This document shows positions 8,590 through 16,795 of a stretch of DNA of 32,000 nt, piece by piece. Position 1 is the first letter of the stretch. Every line of letters starts with the position of its first letter. Made by a program: the position numbers and the translations under genes. The stretch is taken from positions 90,001 to 122,000 of the forward strand of contig JBHLKY010000002.1 in assembly GCA_048886185.1 (NCBI GenBank), read 5' to 3'. Origin of the DNA: Candidatus Hermodarchaeota archaeon (GTDB lineage: Archaea > Asgardarchaeota > Heimdallarchaeia > Hodarchaeales > Hodarchaeaceae). The notes beneath the pieces are model-generated. The model had not been told where the DNA came from, searched no databases, and saw nothing but the letters and a program-made list of their open reading frames with translations.

Positions 8590-9828
8590 TCACACTTTTA
8601 ATGCGAATCGTGGAACCATGCGAGCGACTATTTCCCCAAGCCCGAGGTCAATGGTTTGAACTAATACTTGGCGCCCTCGGTAAGCGAATTGCAGCTCACG
8701 GGGAGTTTCAAAGATTTTTGACCCAATTCCAGTCCCTAAATCGACTGAAAAGTACCTTCGTTTCTCCATTGTTTCATAAATCTCAGGAATCGCCACTATA
8801 TGTGGAAATGTATACCCTCCGCCGTGTGGAAGTATATTTGCGGTACTTATCCGCTCTGTTAAGCCAAAAGTTCGCATTCGTTCTGCGAAATTTAATGTTT
8901 CTATCGCTTCCTCATTGAAATTTGCGAATCCTTTCATCAAATAACAGGGGAGGTCAGACCTTAATGTCAATGGATAGAGATCTGTTCCATTTGCCTTTTC
9001 AAAGACATGTGTTCCAAGAGCCACTTCGTTCATATGTACTAGCCCTTGGTGCGTCTTATTAGTAATAACCTTAAAATCATCAAATAATAATTTCCCTGCA
9101 ATTTTTCGCCTTTCAGCTCCTATTCGATCTGCCCATTGGAAGAATTCTAAATATTTGTAGGCATTATCATCAACTAGATAATGAATATCCCCAAAGGGGG
9201 TCTGCAAAGTTTGAGCCATTTGTTGTAAATTTTCAGAGAGATGATAGTATAGGCCTAATTCACGAGGATTATTATCTGATTTTAATTCTGAGGGAGAGCT
9301 ATGAGTGATAAATGAGTATTGAGGGAGATTAGCGCTATCACCAATGGCAGGGTTCGGAAATATCTCAAATACATTGATAAAATGGTTTCCACTGCCAAAG
9401 TTCCAATGAATGGGGACTCCATCAATTCGTATTTCCCCACTCCGTTCATTCATGTCGTGTACCTTTTGAATCAGCTCGATAGGATCAGGGATTTCATCTA
9501 GTGTTCCCACAAGCATACCACATGCGTTAGGCATTGTATCAACAAATATTAGCGGATCTGTTCCATCTCCCCAGGTCACCTTCCCTCCATATCCTATTCC
9601 ATTTCGCCAACGTTGTAAGTTACGAGTAATAGTGCAATCAGGGGCCGCGATAAATGTTGCTGTAGGATCCAGACCTAAATGTGCTAGTGCAAGATGCATT
9701 TTTGCTAATCCATAGCGAAAATTCAGACGACTGAGCTTTGAAGCACTATCTGGAAGAGCAGTAGAGAAAATAAACTTTCGAGCTCTGTCCAATATTTTTA
9801 CTCGACTCATCTTCTGGATTTCATGCAT
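8590..9828 (-). CDS. Divergent RtcB-family (RNA ligase/guanylyltransferase fold) protein
   Basis: RtcB motifs in the correct order: PD, GYGG, NACG, GSGNHF, THS, HQ, PHGGG (nucleophilic His), E...AYR and terminal P...K. Confidence 0.75.
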   Translation of the reverse strand: MHEIQKMSRVKILDRARKFIFSTALPDSASKLSRLNFRYGLAKMHLALAHLGLDPTATFIAAPDCTITRNLQRWRNGIGYGGKVTWGDGTDPLIFVDTMPNACGMLVGTLDEIPDPIELIQKVHDMNERSGEIRIDGVPIHWNFGSGNHFINVFEIFPNPAIGDSANLPQYSFITHSSPSELKSDNNPRELGLYYHLSENLQQMAQTLQTPFGDIHYLVDDNAYKYLEFFQWADRIGAERRKIAGKLLFDDFKVITNKTHQGLVHMNEVALGTHVFEKANGTDLYPLTLRSDLPCYLMKGFANFNEEAIETLNFAERMRTFGLTERISTANILPHGGGYTFPHIVAIPEIYETMEKRRYFSVDLGTGIGSKIFETPRELQFAYRGRQVLVQTIDLGLGEIVARMVPRFALKV

Positions 9829-10233
9829 TTTTCCATTACACCAGAGTCAAATTTAGTTTTATTAATTTAATTAAGCAAAAAGAATAATCAATTGCTATTT
9901 AAACAACTAACTAGGGGTTCCTGCAGTCGTGCCTCATTAAGACATTATTATATAAAAAGGCATTCTGTTGGATTTTTTTTCCAATTATTTTTCTCTCAAT
10001 AGACCCATTTCTGTCGATTTAATTCCAAATATATCTGACAAAATTTTTAGATTTCCACTTACCAATATAAACTGGAAGGATTTTCTCCATTAGCCTAGTT
10101 ATCTTCATAGAATTGAAATTCTTTCCTCTTTATAACCCTTCTGCTTTAATAATCGATATTTATGATAAGTTTTTAACAAAAAAAAGTAATTCACCTCTTT
10201 GCTCATTAATTACTAAATTCAAGGTAATTCTCT

Positions 10234-11430
10234 ATGAAGAACGATTTAAGGGCATTTACAAAGGATTTATTTATCTCAGAAGGCTTCTGGGGAATTTATC
10301 AAAAGTTGGATTTAACTCCTGATGTAAGATTAGATCCATTCCGAACATATGTTGATAATGGTATAAATATCAGTCATTACTCCTACATCAGTACACTACG
10401 AGCTGATAGACCATATGAATACCATACACGTCGGAAACTCCCCTTAATAAGTCATTTGAAGAAAGGAGAGGATTCGTTTTGCCGATTGATAGTAGGAAAA
10501 CTCCCCTCTATTGTGATTTCTCGAGATTTAACTCAGAGCAAAAGTCCCCTTAGTATTGAACCTCTCTTAGAAAATCTTAGTAAAACCAAAGTTTTTTCGA
10601 TCATCAACTTATTTACACCCATGGCTCGAGTTATACCTCTACGAGAAACAATATTTCAAAATAATAAATCAATATCACGTGGAATTCCGTTATTACATAT
10701 CTTTACTGAACACTATCAGGCGATTGAGGAAGTTCCTATTGAGGAAATGGTTCTTTATTTAAAAAATATAATTGCAACGATAGAAAAAAGCCATCAGGTA
10801 CTCAGTGAGGAAAAAAACAGCACTACTATGGTTTTTCATTTTTACAACATAGGTGCTAACGCTGGAGCCAGTATTCCCCATCTTCATAGTCAGACATTGC
10901 TCTATGAAAAGGGAGGACATGGCTGGAAGGATCGTAGTTTCTTCATCTCATTTGAAAAAAATAAGCAACAAAAGAAATCCTATTGTTTAGGATGTGAACA
11001 TACAAATGGATTAGATTTTGATCTAATTGGTCAGCAATTAAAAATAGAGGAGAGAATAATATGGAAGGATGAAAATTGGATCGCGTTTACCGCCTATGCC
11101 CCCGAAAGAGATGGACATATCCGCCTCCTACCAAAACGCCATGTATCATCACTTTGGGAATTAAAGGAATCAGAAATAGTATCACTAGCTAAAGCTTTGC
11201 TTGTAGTGAATCGATTTCTGAGTAAGTTCATTAAGCAGTATGGGGAAGATCTGAAAATCCTTCCTGACAGGAATATTCTCTTTCGTCAAAAACATTTTGG
11301 ATTCACAATCCCCATTCACATGTTTATTGATATAATTCCAGTTCAACAGATTGGTGGGGCGGAAATGCTTGACGATCACAGATTATCTCATATTTTTCCA
11401 GAAGAGGCAGCAAAACGAATGAAATTGTAG
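10234..11430 (+). CDS. GalT-family (HIT superfamily) nucleotidyltransferase/phosphorylase
   Basis: Catalytic HxHxQ in NIGANAGASIPHLHSQ, N-terminal RLDP, and second-half AFTAYAP...IRLLPKRH. Confidence 0.82.
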   Translation: MKNDLRAFTKDLFISEGFWGIYQKLDLTPDVRLDPFRTYVDNGINISHYSYISTLRADRPYEYHTRRKLPLISHLKKGEDSFCRLIVGKLPSIVISRDLTQSKSPLSIEPLLENLSKTKVFSIINLFTPMARVIPLRETIFQNNKSISRGIPLLHIFTEHYQAIEEVPIEEMVLYLKNIIATIEKSHQVLSEEKNSTTMVFHFYNIGANAGASIPHLHSQTLLYEKGGHGWKDRSFFISFEKNKQQKKSYCLGCEHTNGLDFDLIGQQLKIEERIIWKDENWIAFTAYAPERDGHIRLLPKRHVSSLWELKESEIVSLAKALLVVNRFLSKFIKQYGEDLKILPDRNILFRQKHFGFTIPIHMFIDIIPVQQIGGAEMLDDHRLSHIFPEEAAKRMKL

Positions 11431-11789
11431 GGCCTTTATCTTTTCAGCAAATACTATATTCATTAAATAAAGCAATACCAGTTTAATACCCTTGATTGTC
11501 TTGTTTAGAGTCATTTTACTTATTTTGAAAAAATAAAACTGATTTGAAAAGGATTTATGTAGATTACTGGCATAATCCTTCTAAAAATAATAGTTATCCC
11601 AAAAAGAAGCAATTTTAAAAATAATATAAGGTAAAAAGTAATTAATTCAGACTAATCTGAAGTGAATGGTTTGCTTCAACTACCTTACAGATGTGTAGAA
11701 CTATTTATAAAGGATGTAGTGCAGACCTGTATCAAAGATATGGGTAGTCAAGAAATCTTCTCACCTTCCATTAACTTGGTGGTAACTGA

Positions 11790-12095
11790 TTGTATAACCT
11801 GAATGACGACCAAAACCGTGTGATTAATGTTTTAAAGAATCCTTCTCATTACATTGTTAATAGTCAAGAGAATGGGATAAAAAGTCTTCCTTACAAAGAA
11901 ATTATGAAAGCGTCTGGGCTTTCTTTGGAAAAAACATTACTTTCACTTGGCTATTTAGAAGCAAACCAACTTGTGCAACATGAATGCGCTGTACAACGAC
12001 AGATTGTGGATTATCTTGGTCGTTCTAATGTCGAGATTGCAGGTCAAAAAATTGTCAGGATGTTCTCTTTAACGTCTAAAGGAAAAAATCTTTAA
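11790..12095 (+). CDS. Small winged-helix-like protein, paralog 1
   Basis: TTG start preceded by GGTGG. wHTH-like pattern ending RMFSLTSKG. Clearly paralogous to 12343..12687, which supports both as real genes. Confidence 0.75.
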   Translation: MYNLNDDQNRVINVLKNPSHYIVNSQENGIKSLPYKEIMKASGLSLEKTLLSLGYLEANQLVQHECAVQRQIVDYLGRSNVEIAGQKIVRMFSLTSKGKNL

Positions 12096-12342
12096 TAAGA
12101 ATCGTCAATCTTAAAACTTCAATCTGTTTGATAGATCTAATTCTAAAAAATTTCTGGAACACACTTTTATTCAATTTCTCTGGGATTTTATTCATTTTTT
12201 TCTAGTTCTCTATAACGAACCCATTCAAACCACATGTGCCAAAACATAAAAATGTGGAAGGCCAGAGAGGAGTTAGACAAAAATACCTTTCTTTATCTTT
12301 TAAAGAGAAAAATTCCCATGATTGGGCATGAGGCAAAATTAA

Positions 12343-12687
12343 ATGTCAGGTACACAAGATTTAAACCAAGATCAACGTCAGGTTATCCTTGCATTACATA
12401 ATCCTGAAGAATTCTACAAGGGTCATCATTCTATCGCGGGGATTCGGGGTGTTCCTTACAAAAAAATCATTGAAAAGACAGAAATGTCACTAGAAAAAGT
12501 ATTATTATCACTCGGCTGGTTAGAGGCAAAAGGAATCATTGCGCATGACGTGGCTATTGTTAGGAAAGCTCTCGATTATCTTGGTCAGACAAATGTTGAA
12601 ATTGCAGGTCAATCCATTTTGCGAATGTTCTATTTAACAGAATTAGGTCATAAAATTCTTAATGAATTATTGAAGGAGGAGCAATAG
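12343..12687 (+). CDS. Small winged-helix-like protein, paralog 2
   Basis: Shares LN.DQ..VI..L.NP, PYK.I, SLEK.LLSLG.LEA and DYLG..NVEIAGQ.I.RMF.LT..G with paralog 1. Its stop lies 2 nt before the gap start. Confidence 0.8.
   Translation: MSGTQDLNQDQRQVILALHNPEEFYKGHHSIAGIRGVPYKKIIEKTEMSLEKVLLSLGWLEAKGIIAHDVAIVRKALDYLGQTNVEIAGQSILRMFYLTELGHKILNELLKEEQ
12675..12679 (+). promoter_or_regulatory. Shine-Dalgarno GGAGG for gap, inside the upstream gene
   Basis: GGAGG 10 nt before the GTG at 12690. Confidence 0.5.
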
Positions 12688-12689
12688 AA

Positions 12690-13787
12690 GTGGCAAAGTC
12701 AAAAGCAAGAGTAGGCGTTATCGGATACGGAATCATTGGAAAAAGAGTTGCTGATGCGGTAGCAATGCAATCTGATATGAAATTGATTGGTGTAGCTGAC
12801 ATTATCTCTGATGTTCGATTACGGATTGCTCAAGAACGTAATTACCCTATATATTGTAGTGTCCCAGATTTTGAACCAAAAATGCGTGAAGCGGGATTTG
12901 AAGTAGTAGGGTATCTTGAGGACATGTTGAGAGAAGTCGATTTAGTTGTCGACTGCACACCTGCAGGAGTTCCACTCCAAAATTTCCCCACCTACCATGA
13001 TGCTAATGTAAAAGTGATTGTTCAAGGTGGTGAAAAACATGTTCTTACTAACCGTAGTTTTAGCACGTTTGGCAATTATGCTAGCCATTTAGGTGTGGAC
13101 ATGACTCGTGTGGTATCATGTAATACAACTGCTTTGACTAGAATTGTAGCAACAGTCGCTCAAGAATATGGTGTTTCTGATGTTTTTATTGCACTTGCTC
13201 GAAGAGCTGGAGATCCAACTCGCACCAATCGCGGCCCCATAAACGCAATTGCCCCAGTTCTTGGAGTTAGCCATCATGGTCCTGATCTCGTAACAATCAT
13301 GCCTCAATTAAAGGACAAAATATATTCTCTCGCTATTGCTGGAAGTTGGACACTCTCCCACGTTCACATGTTAAAAGTCACCCTAGATTCAACTCCATCT
13401 AGAGAAGAGGTAATTGATCTATTTAAGAGAACTCCACGAATTTTAATTGAACCTGGAAAACAGGGTCTTTTTGACTCAGCTCAATTAGTTGAGTATTTCC
13501 GTGATTTAGGTAGACCGCGATACGATCGACCCGAAGTATTCATCTGGGAAGAGACTCTCAATCTTGACAACAGGAACAATTTGTACATGATATATGATGT
13601 CCATATGGAATCTATTCCTATCCCCGAAAACGTTGACGCGATTCGAGCAATGTTAGAGATGGAAACAGATGTAATTAAATGTGTTGAAAAGACTGATAAA
13701 GCGCTGAATATTTACAAAAAAGGAGCTTATCAAGGAACACTACTAGGTGGAATAGTTCCGACAGAAAAGGTAGAAGTAAGCGTATAA
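12690..13787 (+). CDS. gap: Glyceraldehyde-3-phosphate dehydrogenase, archaeal type II
   Basis: VGVIGYGIIGKRVADAV...Q.DM.LIGV, QGGEK, catalytic RVVSCNTT, SHHGPD and HMESIPIPENVDAIRAM. Confidence 0.95.
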   Translation: MAKSKARVGVIGYGIIGKRVADAVAMQSDMKLIGVADIISDVRLRIAQERNYPIYCSVPDFEPKMREAGFEVVGYLEDMLREVDLVVDCTPAGVPLQNFPTYHDANVKVIVQGGEKHVLTNRSFSTFGNYASHLGVDMTRVVSCNTTALTRIVATVAQEYGVSDVFIALARRAGDPTRTNRGPINAIAPVLGVSHHGPDLVTIMPQLKDKIYSLAIAGSWTLSHVHMLKVTLDSTPSREEVIDLFKRTPRILIEPGKQGLFDSAQLVEYFRDLGRPRYDRPEVFIWEETLNLDNRNNLYMIYDVHMESIPIPENVDAIRAMLEMETDVIKCVEKTDKALNIYKKGAYQGTLLGGIVPTEKVEVSV

Positions 13788-13974
13788 ATTCTTTTTCTAT
13801 TTGTTTATCCCACTAATGGTTTATTCATTACTGCAATCTAAGAAAAATCTCTCTATTAAATGGATAATCTAAAATTAACTTCTCCACTCAAAAAAGGCCA
13901 ACTTTTTAAATTTAATTAATTGGAGAGTAATTATTAATTTGCATCTCTTAGGATGCAGAATGAGGATATGGGCC

Positions 13975-14700
13975 ATGAAATCAATTCCAGAAATTGATGC
14001 TATCTTTAAGGAGTTATTTGAAAATCCCAATATAAACCAGTGTATTGTATCTACTATTGATGGTTCACCTATTGTGGGGCGAACCAGAGGAAAGGAGGAG
14101 ACTGGAGAGGAATTATTTATTATTCCAGCAGCTATTTCCAGTGCACTGGCCATTTCGCAAGGTTTCTTAGAAGGAAATTTCGATGATAAGGTCTTTGAAT
14201 ACATTGTCTTCCAAGAACGTTCAATAATTGTAGCAACCAAAAAGGCGAATACTGTTTTAATTACGACCATCTCCCTTCCAAAATCTTCTTTTGAATCACG
14301 AACACCAGTTGATAACCTAATAGAAACATTACGAGATGCTGCAGCAAAAATTGATGCTATTGTAAGAACCCTTGAAATAGAGGATAGCTTAATTGAGAAA
14401 CTTCAACGGACTATTCCCGAAGCGACTGCAATTTTATTACTCTCTTCTGCTGGTATCCCACTAAGCGATCTTTTGTCCAGTTTGGATATTGACTCTGCTC
14501 AATTATCAGCTGTTTCTTCTGCTCTTAGTTTACCCACTCGTGTTTTAGGGCAAGAGTGTCAATCTATAGCGGTAACTGGTAAGGAAAATCTTATTCTACT
14601 TTATTCTCTAGATGCTGATCGGATTTTAATGGTCTCTCTGAAACCGAAAGCCAGTGTTGAGTCGTATCTAACTCAGATTTCCAGAATTGTCAGCCATTAA
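13975..14700 (+). CDS. Tandem (double) Roadblock/LC7-domain protein
   Basis: Two repeats of helix, beta-hairpin with D/S-G-x-P-I/L (IVSTIDGSPI; LLLSSAGIPL), A..SA helix, then strands and a final helix. Start moved from TTG 13939 to ATG 13975, which has GAGGA 8 nt upstream. Confidence 0.8.
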   Translation: MKSIPEIDAIFKELFENPNINQCIVSTIDGSPIVGRTRGKEETGEELFIIPAAISSALAISQGFLEGNFDDKVFEYIVFQERSIIVATKKANTVLITTISLPKSSFESRTPVDNLIETLRDAAAKIDAIVRTLEIEDSLIEKLQRTIPEATAILLLSSAGIPLSDLLSSLDIDSAQLSAVSSALSLPTRVLGQECQSIAVTGKENLILLYSLDADRILMVSLKPKASVESYLTQISRIVSH

Positions 14701-14890
14701 TGACCCTTCTAGGATTCAATATAGAAAATGGGAATTTTGGGACAACAATCTTACTAAAAAAGATAATAAGATAGAATGATACTTATGAGTAAGAGAAGAA
14801 GAATATAAAATCAGCAATAAAATTATGATTCATCACATATGAGAAATGGTTTATCACTCAGAAATATAACACAGACTGAAGGAATGTAAT

Positions 14891-15586
14891 ATGGATCTAA
14901 AACATACCCTCAATGAAGCAAAAACATTAATTGTTGAAAAAAAGGCTGAGCAAGCTGCGGAACTTCTCAATAATGCATTAAATATCCTTCAAACTCAACC
15001 TCCAGACGATTTAGATCAAAATGCAAAATTGTTATTAGAGGGAGAGATCCAAGAGAGTTTAGGTGACACTAAGATTCTTCAACAACAAGATCAGAATGCA
15101 TTAAGTCATTTACTCCAGGCTATGACTCTCTTACAAACATTAGAATCTTTAACTAATATAGCACCCAATGAGGCGCTTTTTCGTGTGTATCGAAAACTAT
15201 CTGGAGCTTTTAATCGACTAGGTCAGCAATTTGAAAGCGAAAAATATCTAAGAAATGCGGGTGAAATCAAAGCTTCTATCCTTAAGAATGAGCTTTATTC
15301 ACGATTTAAAGAAGCAGGATATAAAGTGAATGAGAATGTCCGTGTAATTGAAACAGAAGCAACCCCAGTTGATATAATGGCAGAAAAGGGAGGTTTATTT
15401 AAGAAGAATCGTATTGCGATCTGGTTTGCAATGGATGAGGCTGAACTCGATACTATTTCTTTCCTAACTCAAGGATATGCAAAATACGCGAAGAATCGTT
15501 ATATTTTGATGTTAATGGGTCAATCAACGATTCCCACTCTTCAAGGAGCTCATATAGTCACTTCGATCGACCAGATCAAACTCTAG
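14891..15586 (+). CDS. TPR-like helical domain + C-terminal PD-(D/E)xK-like fold, probably inactive
   Basis: Helical repeats with TPR-like A/G/L spacing (ESLGD, ALSHLLQA, KLSGAFNRLG...ESEKY), then GYKVNENV...VDIMAEK...IAIWF. Confidence 0.65.
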   Translation: MDLKHTLNEAKTLIVEKKAEQAAELLNNALNILQTQPPDDLDQNAKLLLEGEIQESLGDTKILQQQDQNALSHLLQAMTLLQTLESLTNIAPNEALFRVYRKLSGAFNRLGQQFESEKYLRNAGEIKASILKNELYSRFKEAGYKVNENVRVIETEATPVDIMAEKGGLFKKNRIAIWFAMDEAELDTISFLTQGYAKYAKNRYILMLMGQSTIPTLQGAHIVTSIDQIKL

Positions 15587-15642
15587 GCGAAACTAAAGTC
15601 AATTTCCTGTTAAATCGGTTACTTCGCTTTCTGTATAATAAT

Positions 15643-15661
15643 AAACAAACAGGGAAAAAAA
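15643..15661 (-). terminator. Oligo-T terminator candidate after the Rab-like gene
   Basis: Minus strand reads TTTTTTTCCCTGTTTGTTT, starting 8 nt after the stop. Confidence 0.35.
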
Positions 15662-15669
15662 GTGGAAGC

Positions 15670-16242
15670 CTACTTCGATTGTTGAGCTTCTACGAAGTCT
15701 AGATACACACTACCAAGCATATCAAACGCTGCAGACACATTCAATCCAGTTTTTGCACTAGTTGGCATGAATTTAACTGGAAATCCAGCTTCCATGGTTT
15801 TCTTTGAAAGATTTTCTGCAAACTCTTCAGCTTGGCCATCAGTGATGTGGTTTGGGAACTGTTCCCTCAGGTCCACTTTGTTTCCAAGAAGAACAATTGG
15901 AATCATACCCTTTCCATTGTGTTTGAAGATTTCTTCCAGCCAGCTTTCTAAATTAACAAATGTATCAGGACGAGTAACATCAAAAAGTAAAAGTCCACCT
16001 AAGCAACCATAATAATAAACGCTTCTCACTGTGCCAAAACGGGGCTGACCAGCGAGATCCCATATTTGAAATTTAATGTTCTTCTCCCGAATAGTCGCCT
16101 CCTTCAAAGCAAAATCAGCACCTATCGTCATCATATAGTTACTACTAAATCCTTTACCTAAATAGCGTTCTCGTAATGCGGTCTTTCCGACAGCGCCGTC
16201 ACCAGCAAGAACTATCTTCATTAAGAAGCTCATATTTTTCAT
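15670..16242 (-). CDS. Rab-like small GTPase (Ras superfamily)
   Basis: G1 GDGAVGKT, G2 TIG, G3 WDLAGQ, G4 GNKVD, G5 TSAK. RabF-like motifs IGADF, KFQIW, RFGTV, YYYG and LFDVT. Confidence 0.95.
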   Translation of the reverse strand: MKNMSFLMKIVLAGDGAVGKTALRERYLGKGFSSNYMMTIGADFALKEATIREKNIKFQIWDLAGQPRFGTVRSVYYYGCLGGLLLFDVTRPDTFVNLESWLEEIFKHNGKGMIPIVLLGNKVDLREQFPNHITDGQAEEFAENLSKKTMEAGFPVKFMPTSAKTGLNVSAAFDMLGSVYLDFVEAQQSK

Positions 16243-16795
16243 AACCTCGATTTTTATTTGATCAGAGCTATTTTCTGTGTGTTATAACCAAGCATTCGTT
16301 TGTTATTTGAGTTGTATTCTTATTATTATTAAATGTTATCTTTGGTTTTTGATGCGAAAGATTTCATTCCTGAAATGAATTAGGAAGGGGAGCGACTCTA
16401 TTGGAAAATTTTCCAAAGTTCAGTCTAATAAAGTTTTTCTTTTTGTTTTTTTTAACCAATCCAGTTACCCACCTTAAAAAACACTATACATCTGGAATTA
16501 TATTAAATAAGAAAATAAATCGATCTTTTCGGATTATTCCTTGTTTTTTACAGAGTTACCATTCTCTTGGGTATCTTACCTTTTGTTTTTGCAAATATAT
16601 TGAAAAGAAGAAGTGTACTGGCCTTTTCTTCGCCCTCAACGAAACTAAATTCCTTTAATAATGTAATGAATTTCTCATGGATTATGTCAAGTATTGAACC
16701 GAGTAGAGGCACTTCTAATTAATCTTAAAAGGACTTTCAAATAACATTCTTAGGTATATAACATTTAAATGATGATAATGCAGGAGAAAACAAGT

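Noticed and set aside
8517-8918. 133-aa ORF overlapping the GT22 stop
   Set aside because: Most of it is antisense to the conserved C-terminus of the RtcB-like gene, and it has no motif.
10113-10322. 69-aa ORF overlapping the GalT start
   Set aside because: AT-rich promoter DNA that overlaps a real gene out of frame.
16401-16658. 85-aa ORF in the intergenic region upstream of the Rab gene
   Set aside because: TTG start and an F/K/L composition dictated by A/T runs. The three TTACC words nearby are too short to call a repeat.
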